A stretch of DNA of 47,641 nt, from positions 1 through 47,641 of the forward strand of contig JAOACC010000066.1 of NCBI GenBank assembly GCA_026418035.1. Reading direction: 5' to 3'. Positions 20,627-28,885 of this stretch are shown here, piece after piece. Below the pieces are notes generated by a model that made no database searches, had not been told where the DNA came from, and saw nothing but the letters and a program-made list of their open reading frames with translations. Made by a program: the position numbers and the translations under genes. Within the stretch, counting starts at the first letter, position 1; each line of letters begins with the position of its first letter. The stretch comes from a bacterium (GTDB lineage Bacteria; DUMJ01).

Positions 20627-21433
20627 TTATATTATTCCTATAGATCTCATATATTCTATGTATCTCGGAAAGGCTATTTCAGGTTCTAGTATCTCTGGAT
20701 GCCACATCTTTTCCCACTCAAAAGATAGATATCCCTGATAATCTATTGCTCTGAGTAAATCTATTATCTCCCTAAGTGGAATATCTCCTTCTCCCGGTAG
20801 AACTAAATGCCAGTCATCATCTATTCTCTTTGCATCCTTTATATGCATATGTCTAAGATAGTCCTTTAGATATTCTAAAGTTTCTTTTGGGCTCTCTCCA
20901 CTTCTATATGGATGCCATACGTCCCAAAGTGCCTTTATATTTTCGATATCTGCCCTCTTTATGATATCAGATACCAACTTCCCTGTCGAGAAATAGTCAT
21001 GTGTCTCTACAACAACATCTACTTTAAAATCCTTTATCTTTTCTCCAACCTTATGCAGAGCCTCAGGTATATAATTCATATACTCGGACTCGATAATCTC
21101 CTTAGGAACATCACCTATAAAGGTTCTTACTATCGGAGCATCTATTTCTTTAGCTAATTCACAGTATCTTATAAGATTTTCTATATTTGCTTCTCTCTCA
21201 TCCTTTATAGGAGAAGCAAACCTAGTGTATGCACTTATACAGCATATTTCTATCCCATTATCCTCAAAAAGTCTTTTTATTTCATTTCTTTCTATAGGAG
21301 AAATCTCAAGAGATATGTGCTGTCTCCCTGAACCTCTTAACTCTACTCCGTTATAGCCATAGCGCCTAGCAGACTCTACTATCTTCTTTATATCCCAATT
21401 AGGACAGCCTAACGTACTAAAAGAAAGCCTCAT
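20627..21433 (-). CDS. Sugar phosphate isomerase/epimerase (xylose isomerase-like TIM barrel)
   Basis: 268 aa. Family call by eye (YGYNGVELR, ETH..., W..H. motifs). Confidence 0.7.
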   Translation of the reverse strand: MRLSFSTLGCPNWDIKKIVESARRYGYNGVELRGSGRQHISLEISPIERNEIKRLFEDNGIEICCISAYTRFASPIKDEREANIENLIRYCELAKEIDAPIVRTFIGDVPKEIIESEYMNYIPEALHKVGEKIKDFKVDVVVETHDYFSTGKLVSDIIKRADIENIKALWDVWHPYRSGESPKETLEYLKDYLRHMHIKDAKRIDDDWHLVLPGEGDIPLREIIDLLRAIDYQGYLSFEWEKMWHPEILEPEIAFPRYIEYMRSIGII

Positions 21434-23214
21434 CTTATCTCATTCCTTTCTCTAAAAGGAGTAAATATCACATAAAACCTGGCTTCTCTACTAAAAATCA
21501 CTATATTTAGGAAATTAAAATCTTTTATTGAGCCATCGTGAAACTCTAAACCTTTTAACTCTCCTACCTCAACTGCTGCATCTACTGGCTCTTTTATCTC
21601 TAAAAAAAGATTTCCATACCTACCTTTTATTATAAAGGTCTTATCTCCTAATCTCTCTAATAAGCCGTTAATCTGTATCCTAGATTCTATCCTACCAGCA
21701 TCTCTTAATAAGACTTCATCTTCTAGGATAAGCCCTCCATCCCTTCTATTTTTTAGAAACTGTAATTTTCTGGTTATCTTCTCTACCTTTTTCTGGGGAT
21801 AGGCTCTAGTCAAATCAAGCACTACAACTTCTTTATCATTGCTTACTTCATAAGATACAACTTTTCCCTCAAAATCTTTACCTATCCCTTCACTCTCACC
21901 ATCTATAAAGATCAAGCTATGTCCTTCTGCATTACAGAAGGGATTTTTATATCTTCCCTCTCTAAAATAGTCTTTTGTATAAATTCCTGCCCCTAAATCA
22001 TGCAAAAACGATTGACCATAGACATGGAATATAAAGTGACCAACATCCAATTGATTATGGGGCTCTCCATTATTACCAGCCTTTACAGCTAAAACTGGAC
22101 CAAGTTTATCCTCCCAACTCTTACGTGTTACAATCCAGTCTATACCATGAAAATGCATAGAAGTATCTTTAGGAGTCTCTAATATTTTCTCTTCTTTTCT
22201 AAGGCATCTAAAATTCTCTAGCTCTCTCATTTCTATCTGTGAGGCTAGCCAATTTAACTCTTTACCAACCTTAGTATATTTACTTAATAGAATTACTAAG
22301 TCTCTATTTAACTTAGCCTCATAAGAACAATCTCCAAAATTAACAAAACCTCCAGGAGGTAAATAACAATGGACTGGAAATAACCCGGTAATCTGAAGCT
22401 TAGGGTGTTCAAAGATATTTATCTTCCCATCTGTAACTCTGTATAGACTGTCAGCAAACCTAGATAGATGGGTTAATCCAAAGTTCCAGTAACCTATACC
22501 CTCTACCCATCCTCCTTCATTATCAAAGTAATCTAAGTATCTATTGAGTCTTTGTATAACATCGAGTAGTATCTTACTAAGGTAAGGTTCCTCTACTCTA
22601 CCTGCTATAGCTGAGGCTCCTACTGCTCCACAACATACCGCGCACCAGTTAGACCAATATGCATTCGCCCACCAATATCTGTCTGGATTTTCGTAGAATG
22701 GAATAAATATCCTTCTTCTTAACTCATACCTTATTCTTTCTTCTATATTCCTATCAAGTTTATCACTCAAAATGTCAAGTATCTCAGCAAGTTGTTCTGC
22801 AGTCATAGAAGCAAATAAGTCTATATAAGGTTCGTTATAATTAAGTTCTTCAGGTAAATGTGCAGGATAACACCAAGTTACTTCATTACATATATCCCAT
22901 ATATAATCTTGAAGTCTAAGTAGAAAATCTTCCCTACCAGTTAGGAAGGTTCCCATAGCTAAAAGATACATATTTGCTCTTTTTAATCTATGAGGCGTCT
23001 CGTAGTGAGTTCTATTACCTGTAATATAAAACTCTCTAAAGTATGAATACTTGGCTTCAGGCATTGGAGCACTAACAAGTTTCTCACATAGGCTAATGAT
23101 CTCATCTTTAGGTATATCTTCCCTGATCTCATCCTCTTTTAGAAGAATAGGTTTATTCAAAGCTTCTATAGAGAAAACTTCATTAATCTCTTCGGGGCTA
23201 GAAACATTATACAT
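21430..23214 (-). CDS. Heparinase II/III-like polysaccharide lyase family protein
   Basis: 594 aa. HNQLDVGHFIFHVYGQSFLHDLGAG resembles the Hepar_II_III domain core. 4-nt overlap with the downstream isomerase. Confidence 0.6.
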   Translation of the reverse strand: MYNVSSPEEINEVFSIEALNKPILLKEDEIREDIPKDEIISLCEKLVSAPMPEAKYSYFREFYITGNRTHYETPHRLKRANMYLLAMGTFLTGREDFLLRLQDYIWDICNEVTWCYPAHLPEELNYNEPYIDLFASMTAEQLAEILDILSDKLDRNIEERIRYELRRRIFIPFYENPDRYWWANAYWSNWCAVCCGAVGASAIAGRVEEPYLSKILLDVIQRLNRYLDYFDNEGGWVEGIGYWNFGLTHLSRFADSLYRVTDGKINIFEHPKLQITGLFPVHCYLPPGGFVNFGDCSYEAKLNRDLVILLSKYTKVGKELNWLASQIEMRELENFRCLRKEEKILETPKDTSMHFHGIDWIVTRKSWEDKLGPVLAVKAGNNGEPHNQLDVGHFIFHVYGQSFLHDLGAGIYTKDYFREGRYKNPFCNAEGHSLIFIDGESEGIGKDFEGKVVSYEVSNDKEVVVLDLTRAYPQKKVEKITRKLQFLKNRRDGGLILEDEVLLRDAGRIESRIQINGLLERLGDKTFIIKGRYGNLFLEIKEPVDAAVEVGELKGLEFHDGSIKDFNFLNIVIFSREARFYVIFTPFRERNEIR

Positions 23215-23258
23215 AATCCTTCACCTCCAAAATGATATAGAATTTTCACTTAGTTCTC

Positions 23259-23286
23259 TTGACAAAGGGAAGTTTCTTTGTATAAT
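23259..23286 (+). promoter_or_regulatory. Promoter for tRNA-Leu
   Basis: TTGACA (23259-23264), 16-nt spacer, TATAAT (23281-23286). The tRNA starts 16 nt downstream. Confidence 0.65.
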
Positions 23287-23301
23287 AAATATCAGAAAGT
23301 T

Positions 23302-23390
23302 GCCGGAATGGCGGAATAGGTAGACGCTGCGGACTTAAAATCCGCTGAGCTTTTTAGCTCATGCCGGTTCGACCCCGGCTTCCGGCACCA
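23302..23390 (+). tRNA. tRNA-Leu (anticodon TAA), long variable arm, CCA encoded
   Basis: GCCGGAATGGCGGAATAGGTAGACGCTGCGGACTTAAAATCCGCTGAGCTTTTTAGCTCATGCCGGTTCGACCCCGGCTTCCGGCACCA. Anticodon loop is CTTAAAA. Confidence 0.9.
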
Positions 23391-24375
23391 AGTTATTATA
23401 AACCAGTCTAAGTCTGGGGTTATTTGTAATTCCTGGAATTCTTCCTCTCTTAGCTATCGGTCTGCCCTTTACTACTTTTAGGTCCAAAGTCATATCTATA
23501 GGAGAAGCTCCAGAGATATAGCTACCAACTCCAAATACATCTGCTCCAGCTTCAGAAAGAGCCCTTATTCTGGCAGGATTCAAACCACCAGAGACAAATA
23601 TCTTTACATAATCAAAACCCTCTTGATTAAGTCTAGATCTTACCTCTCTAACTAGCTCTGGAGTTACTCCTCCTCTTTCTCCAGGAGTATCAAGTCTTAT
23701 TCCATATAAAGACCTCCTAAATTCTCTTGCCACCCTTATAGCTTCTTCTGCCTCATCTTTAAATGTATCAACTAAAACAACCAAAGGAATATCTGGATGA
23801 GCCTTATGAAAGGCTCTAGCTGCTTCAACTGTATCACCAATAATTAATATCAATGCATGAGGCATAGTTCCAGATGGGATTATACCCACTAACTCTGCTC
23901 CAAGTATAGAACTTACCCCGTCAACTCCTCCTATTATGGCTGACCTATCCATTACAGAGGCTACTGCTGGATGTACATGTCTGGCACCAAAGGATAACAC
24001 TGGTTTCCCATTACTAGCCTCTTTACACTCTCTAGCTGCTGTCACCCACCCAGTCGAAGATGCCAAAATACCAAGTATAGCAGTTTCATATATACCAAAT
24101 TCTCCATAAGGGCCTTCAATACGCATTATAGTCTCTTTTTCTTCTATATACTCCCCCTCTTCGAGAGAATAAATTCTAACCCTTTTACCCTCTAAAAGAT
24201 TTAATACCTCTTTAACTCCACCTAGATATCCACTCTTCCTCGGAAAGATTTCTCCAACGACAGGAGTGTTAAGCGCACCTATAGAACTTAAAACCTTATA
24301 AGTTCTTTCAAAATATATATCTGCAGTCTTTCCACTTATAATCTCTTCCTCAGAAGCAGAAAATAACTTTTTCAT
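23359..24375 (-). CDS. Nicotinate phosphoribosyltransferase-family (type II PRTase) protein
   Basis: 338 aa. Family call by eye (TADIYF..., GTMPHALI, RLDTPGERGG). The last ~10 codons are antisense to tRNA-Leu. Confidence 0.7.
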   Translation of the reverse strand: MKKLFSASEEEIISGKTADIYFERTYKVLSSIGALNTPVVGEIFPRKSGYLGGVKEVLNLLEGKRVRIYSLEEGEYIEEKETIMRIEGPYGEFGIYETAILGILASSTGWVTAARECKEASNGKPVLSFGARHVHPAVASVMDRSAIIGGVDGVSSILGAELVGIIPSGTMPHALILIIGDTVEAARAFHKAHPDIPLVVLVDTFKDEAEEAIRVAREFRRSLYGIRLDTPGERGGVTPELVREVRSRLNQEGFDYVKIFVSGGLNPARIRALSEAGADVFGVGSYISGASPIDMTLDLKVVKGRPIAKRGRIPGITNNPRLRLVYNNLVPEAGVEPA

Positions 24376-24911
24376 CTATGATACCCCTCCAAAGCCTTGG
24401 ATATTAAACTCATACCTCTCTTTACTCCTTCTTGTATAGCCCTACTAGATATAGTAGCACCAGTAATAAATTTTACAGTATTTATATTATCACTCGATTT
24501 ATTTATATACTGTTCCAAATAATTATCTTTTGTAGCTTTCTCTCCTAGCCCTGGAGTTTCATTATGAGATAGTACCCTTACACCTGTTATTCTCTTATAC
24601 TTATCTAACCCTATAATTAAATCTATATTTCCACCATATCCCCTTACAGTAACCTTTGCAGTCCCCCCAATCACATCCCCGTTGCTTAACCCTAAATATA
24701 CCGTATAACCATCAACAGCAACCTCTTTGAACTCTATGGCTTGAGGCAATACCTCTTTTTGTAAAGAAATCTGAGCTCTTATCTGCTGTTCTTTTATAAT
24801 TGGAGTAGTAAGCTGATAAAAATACCCCAGAGTACCAGCAGAAAATGCGCATATAAAAGCTAATAAAAACGCTCTTTTAATATGTTCTTTCATCATCCTC
24901 TCCTCTACCAT
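24372..24911 (-). CDS. Membrane-anchored FMN-binding domain protein (RnfG/NqrC-like)
   Basis: 179 aa with an N-terminal transmembrane helix, SHNETPGLG, and the flavinylation-type motif TGATISS. Confidence 0.75.
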   Translation of the reverse strand: MVEERMMKEHIKRAFLLAFICAFSAGTLGYFYQLTTPIIKEQQIRAQISLQKEVLPQAIEFKEVAVDGYTVYLGLSNGDVIGGTAKVTVRGYGGNIDLIIGLDKYKRITGVRVLSHNETPGLGEKATKDNYLEQYINKSSDNINTVKFITGATISSRAIQEGVKRGMSLISKALEGYHR

Positions 24912-25630
24912 CCATAATAATATGGTCTATATCGTCTTCTAAATCTAATACCTACTATAAAACCAGTTACAAATCCGCCTATATGTGCCCACCAGGCAAC
25001 TCCACCAGTATTCATGTATGTTCTTATTGCCAGGCTAGCAATACCATTCAAGGTCTGAGAAATAAACCAGAAACCCAAGAAAAGAAAAGCCGGAATAGCA
25101 GCTACATGAAGGAAAAAACCAAATGGTAATAAGGTCATAATCCTAGATTCAGGGAATATTATAAAATAAGCTCCTAATACACCTGAAATTGCTCCACTAG
25201 CTCCTATCGTAGGAATAGAAGAAGACAAATTTGTTAAGATATGGGCAAAACTCGAGGTAATACCGCAGAAAAGATAAAAAAATAGATATGTAAAGTGTCC
25301 CATTCTGTCCTCTACATTATCTCCAAATATCCAAAGATATAACATATTACTGAGTATATGATACCATCCACCATGCAGAAATATAGCTGTAAAGAAAGGA
25401 ATAACAATATTCCTTATAGATACAGAACCCAAATTAGCAATATCATGAATAAACCTCGCCGGAATTATACCGTATTGAATTATAAATCTTTCTAGTTCTT
25501 CTCCAAGAGAAAGCTCATAGAAAAAGGCTATAAAGTTAGCTATTATAAGTAACACGTTAACTATAGGAAATCTCCTTGAAGGAATGCTATCCCTCAGTGG
25601 AATCATCTTCAATACCACCTCCCTCTTCAA
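24905..25630 (-). CDS. Rhomboid-family intramembrane serine protease
   Basis: 241 aa with HILSN (HxxxN), the catalytic-Ser motif GASGAISG and a distal AHIGG histidine. The start may be the internal MIPLRD at 25606. Confidence 0.85.
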   Translation of the reverse strand: MKREVVLKMIPLRDSIPSRRFPIVNVLLIIANFIAFFYELSLGEELERFIIQYGIIPARFIHDIANLGSVSIRNIVIPFFTAIFLHGGWYHILSNMLYLWIFGDNVEDRMGHFTYLFFYLFCGITSSFAHILTNLSSSIPTIGASGAISGVLGAYFIIFPESRIMTLLPFGFFLHVAAIPAFLFLGFWFISQTLNGIASLAIRTYMNTGGVAWWAHIGGFVTGFIVGIRFRRRYRPYYYGW

Positions 25631-25844
25631 ATTCTCTCCTTGCTAACAACTCTATCGCCTCTTCTAAAGAACCTTTAGAAATCCAAATCTCTACTGGCCC
25701 ACCCACACCCATAATGGGACCATCACCATAAGGGACAGTAGAAGATTTTAAAAAAACATATATTCCGTTACTCTCCAAATAACTTTTTATTATTTCGGCT
25801 TTAGTCTTATTAGAAACCCTCTTCAGTACTATCAACTCTTCCAT
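25587..25844 (-). CDS. DUF2007-like small protein (putative signal-transducing fold)
   Basis: 85 aa. The pattern LKRVSNKTKAEIIKSYLESNGIYVFLK resembles DUF2007. Overlaps both neighbouring genes. Confidence 0.5.
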   Translation of the reverse strand: MEELIVLKRVSNKTKAEIIKSYLESNGIYVFLKSSTVPYGDGPIMGVGGPVEIWISKGSLEEAIELLARREFEEGGGIEDDSTEG

Positions 25845-26247
25845 CTAATATTTCTAAAATCTTCTCCATAGCTAGATTTATCAATTTATTCAGCGAGGAA
25901 GTGGTTTCTTCAACCAATAAAAATCTGGGGTGAGAAACAGGGATCAGTACTTTTATAGCCTTACTTGTAGCTACAGCCTCTGCTATTCCGGTAGTAATTT
26001 CACCCATCATACTGTTAGGTATAACTATTCCCCAAGGTCCTATAATAATATCTGCATCTAAAGAAGAAACCTTTATAGCATTTTCTCCCGTAGCACCTCT
26101 ATTAGCACCTGCCCTAAGCATACTACCAGTAGCAAATGAATTAGTCCCTACTGCTATTATCTCTATATCTGGTATGCCCTTTAATCTAGTTATAATCTCA
26201 GAACCTAATCCTCCACCTAAACCGTCTATTACAAGTATCCGCTTCAT
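25810..26247 (-). CDS. DUF3842-family protein
   Basis: 145 aa. N-terminus MKRILVIDGLGGGLGSEI is typical of DUF3842. Confidence 0.6.
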   Translation of the reverse strand: MKRILVIDGLGGGLGSEIITRLKGIPDIEIIAVGTNSFATGSMLRAGANRGATGENAIKVSSLDADIIIGPWGIVIPNSMMGEITTGIAEAVATSKAIKVLIPVSHPRFLLVEETTSSLNKLINLAMEKILEILDGRVDSTEEGF

Positions 26248-26249
26248 AT

Positions 26250-26867
26250 CTATAAGGAAATATTTGCTCCTACTTGGAATATGATTCCTTCATGGTAAGT
26301 CGCTGTAATATTTAAAAATGATAATAGATTTATATTGAGGGCTATACCAGCCTTCTCAGATTTATAAAAGCCTAACAAATCTATACTATCAGTAAGCTTG
26401 AATTCCAAAGCTCCAAATATACCCTCGTAGATTCCACTCCCTACACCTATATGACCTTTCAAATTACCCAGCGCCTTAGAAAGCGCAACATAGAAAGATG
26501 TCCCCCCTATAGCATTATTAACATCAAAAAGCCCACCTATAGATATACTAGGTAAGAGAGGCTTTTCCTCTATGACATTCCATTTTGCATGGAATATAGG
26601 TATAAAATCTGAAGATGAAGAAAGAGAAAATCCAGTAGCCCCTATCTCTATGCCAACACCAAGGCCTAACGTTATTGGAATTCTTGTCAAGGTATCACTT
26701 CCATAAAAGCCAACGTTAGGACCTATCGCGACACCAAAATTCAACACATATGCCGTTGGTATCTCTGATATACCGGTTGGTCCCCAATTAGACAAAGTAC
26801 TAGCATTTGCAAAACCATAGAAAGACATCAAAAATACAATCGTAACTAAAAATACCTTTATCCTCAT
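26250..26867 (-). CDS. Secreted Gly/Ser-rich beta-strand protein, possibly an outer-membrane beta-barrel (YjbH-like N-terminal motif)
   Basis: Start reassigned to the ATG at 26867, which has GGAGG 7 nt upstream and an ATGA overlap with the maturase stop. Signal peptide MRIKVFLVTIVFLMSFYGFANA, then alternating hydrophobic pattern. Confidence 0.55.
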   Translation of the reverse strand: MRIKVFLVTIVFLMSFYGFANASTLSNWGPTGISEIPTAYVLNFGVAIGPNVGFYGSDTLTRIPITLGLGVGIEIGATGFSLSSSSDFIPIFHAKWNVIEEKPLLPSISIGGLFDVNNAIGGTSFYVALSKALGNLKGHIGVGSGIYEGIFGALEFKLTDSIDLLGFYKSEKAGIALNINLLSFLNITATYHEGIIFQVGANISL

Positions 26868-28162
26868 ACCTTTACCTCCATTCTTTTTGCCCTTAGCCAT
26901 AGGGCATATTCTATCCTTAATTTTTGTATCTCACAGCCAATCTCATATGGCTCTGTAATATTCCTATTCATATTGAAATTATTAGCTAGACATCCTCCTC
27001 CACAGAGATACCTAGTCCAGCAATCCTTACATAAAGGTTTACTGTCTATATTATTTAAGATTTTAAATCTATCTTTTAATTCTTTATTAAGGTTTTTCTC
27101 ATAAATATTGCCCATCATAAATTGTCTATATCCAACAAACTGATGGCAGGGATATATTTCTCCAGTGGGGGTTACCGCCATATACTCTATTCCGGCACCA
27201 CAACCTCGAGTCAGTCTTGGCAAACAAGCTCCCTCTTCTAAAGGTAATTCAAAGTGAAAGAATTTTACATCGCTTTTTAAACATTCCTCAGCTATCTTTT
27301 TATATTCTTCTCTCAAGATAGGGATATGCTCTCTCTTTATTGAGAGATTCTCGTCAGTTGTCACTACAGGTTCAAGGGATATGTATCTAAAACCTAAATC
27401 GATTAAATCTTTAAATGTCTCAGAGAAGGTTATTGTCTTTGCAGTATACGTACCTCTTATATAATATCCACCATACTCTCTCCTCCTAGCTAATTCTATA
27501 GCATTAGGAAGTATGTATTTAAAAGAGTCATTACCATTAATTAAATGTCTATGAATATTATGGACCTTATCTCCTCCATCAAGGCTCAAAACTACACTTA
27601 TTTCCAGTTCATCTAGGAGGTTTAAAACCTTCTCTGTTAGTAAAATACCATTAGTGGTAAGTGTTATTCTCAGATTCTTATTATATTCAACTGCTCTCTT
27701 TTTTCCATATATACTTACATCTCTAACAGCATCTAAATTTAATAAAGGTTCTCCACCAAAGAAGTCTATCTCTATGTTTTTTGTATCTTTAGAAGCTTCA
27801 ATTAAAAAATCTATCGCCCTATATGCCGTTTCCAAATCCATCATAGATCTACTAGAGCTGAGGTTATGACTTACAAAGCAATAATCACAAACCATATTAC
27901 AAGAATGGGAAACATTTAGGCAGAGAGACTTTAAAGTTAAATCATCATAAACTTGAATATTAAAAGAGTCATATGGAGTTAATACTTCTTCTATCTCTTC
28001 ATAAACATCTTCAGGGATGCAAGGGTCTTTACTCCCCTTAAGAAGGGATTCAACAGCCTTAGCCCCCTCTTCATCTAGCTGATAGAGGGAACCAAGACTG
28101 TTAAACAAAAAATATTCACCCTCGACAGAGAAAATATGCCAATCTCTCTTTACCAAGTCCAT
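26864..28162 (-). CDS. Radical SAM/SPASM peptide maturase, SCIFF-maturase type (thioether-forming)
   Basis: 432 aa. CxxxCxxC motif (CNMVCDYC) and a C-terminal SPASM Cys cluster (CKDCWTRYLCGGGC). Lies immediately downstream of, and overlaps, a SCIFF-like peptide gene. Confidence 0.85.
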   Translation of the reverse strand: MDLVKRDWHIFSVEGEYFLFNSLGSLYQLDEEGAKAVESLLKGSKDPCIPEDVYEEIEEVLTPYDSFNIQVYDDLTLKSLCLNVSHSCNMVCDYCFVSHNLSSSRSMMDLETAYRAIDFLIEASKDTKNIEIDFFGGEPLLNLDAVRDVSIYGKKRAVEYNKNLRITLTTNGILLTEKVLNLLDELEISVVLSLDGGDKVHNIHRHLINGNDSFKYILPNAIELARRREYGGYYIRGTYTAKTITFSETFKDLIDLGFRYISLEPVVTTDENLSIKREHIPILREEYKKIAEECLKSDVKFFHFELPLEEGACLPRLTRGCGAGIEYMAVTPTGEIYPCHQFVGYRQFMMGNIYEKNLNKELKDRFKILNNIDSKPLCKDCWTRYLCGGGCLANNFNMNRNITEPYEIGCEIQKLRIEYALWLRAKRMEVKV

Positions 28163-28317
28163 TTCCCCAATGGCTTCTTTACCTCGCAGACTAAATTCCC
28201 AACCGTCATACTAGTCTTACAGGCAGACCTACAAGGGGTCTGACATTCCTGACAATTCTTCTTTGCCTCTTTTTTATCTATAGAAGATTCTACTATTGCC
28301 TTAATATGTCTTCCCAT
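28150..28317 (-). CDS. SCIFF-type ranthipeptide precursor, 55 aa, not in the ORF track
   Basis: MGRHIKAIVESSIDKKEAKKNCQECQTPCRSACKTSMTVGNLVCEVKKPLGKWTW. GGAGG (28325-28329) lies 7 nt upstream of the ATG at 28317. The stop at 28150-28152 lies inside the first codons of the maturase. The core matches the SCIFF consensus CxECQTSCQSACKTSCTVxN. Confidence 0.8.
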   Translation of the reverse strand: MGRHIKAIVESSIDKKEAKKNCQECQTPCRSACKTSMTVGNLVCEVKKPLGKWTW

Positions 28318-28350
28318 ACTGTTACCTCCATTATCCCTATAATTTTTCTT

Positions 28351-28359
28351 ATTATATCA
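28351..28359 (-). promoter_or_regulatory. Extended -10 element upstream of the SCIFF gene
   Basis: Minus strand reads TGATATAAT (TGnTATAAT) about 34 nt upstream of the ATG. The -35 element is weak. Confidence 0.4.
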
Positions 28360-28435
28360 TAAAAAGTCCACCTAATGATTAAAAATCTCTTCACTTTTCT
28401 AGAATTTTATAGTAATATATGTTTGGAGGTTCTAT

Positions 28436-28885
28436 ATGCAAGTTACCACATTTACAGGAGAGGGTGCTACTTATAGATTCTATCAGGGTTTTGATGCTAT
28501 TACTGGAGTTTATGCACACGAAGCATTAAATATCAGAGTATTCAAGAGATATGCATTAAACGCTAATAAAGAAATTGTAAACAGCGAAATAAAAATCAAG
28601 CTCGCCATAGATCCAAAGACAAAAAGGTTAATTGTCGTTGGAGGCGAATCTAGGGCAGAGTTTAAAAATAAAAATTACACAAAGATTACAGAACTATTAT
28701 CTGATGATACCGAAGAGATAAAGAAAGAAATTAGAAAATTACTAGAAGAAGAAAGGCTATTAAAAACTGTAGAAAAGTATGATAATCCCTTTATAGGCGA
28801 AAGATTAGAAGAGATAAGGAGGAAAATAAATATCCTAAAGATAGAAGCCTTAACGAAGGGTGTTATGGTAGATCTTTTTGCCTAG
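28436..28885 (+). CDS. Hypothetical protein with no recognisable family
   Basis: 149 aa. GGAGG 7 nt upstream and candidate promoter TTCACT-17-TAATAT at 28390-28418. The C-terminal half is charged and coiled-coil-like. Confidence 0.55.
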   Translation: MQVTTFTGEGATYRFYQGFDAITGVYAHEALNIRVFKRYALNANKEIVNSEIKIKLAIDPKTKRLIVVGGESRAEFKNKNYTKITELLSDDTEEIKKEIRKLLEEERLLKTVEKYDNPFIGERLEEIRRKINILKIEALTKGVMVDLFA

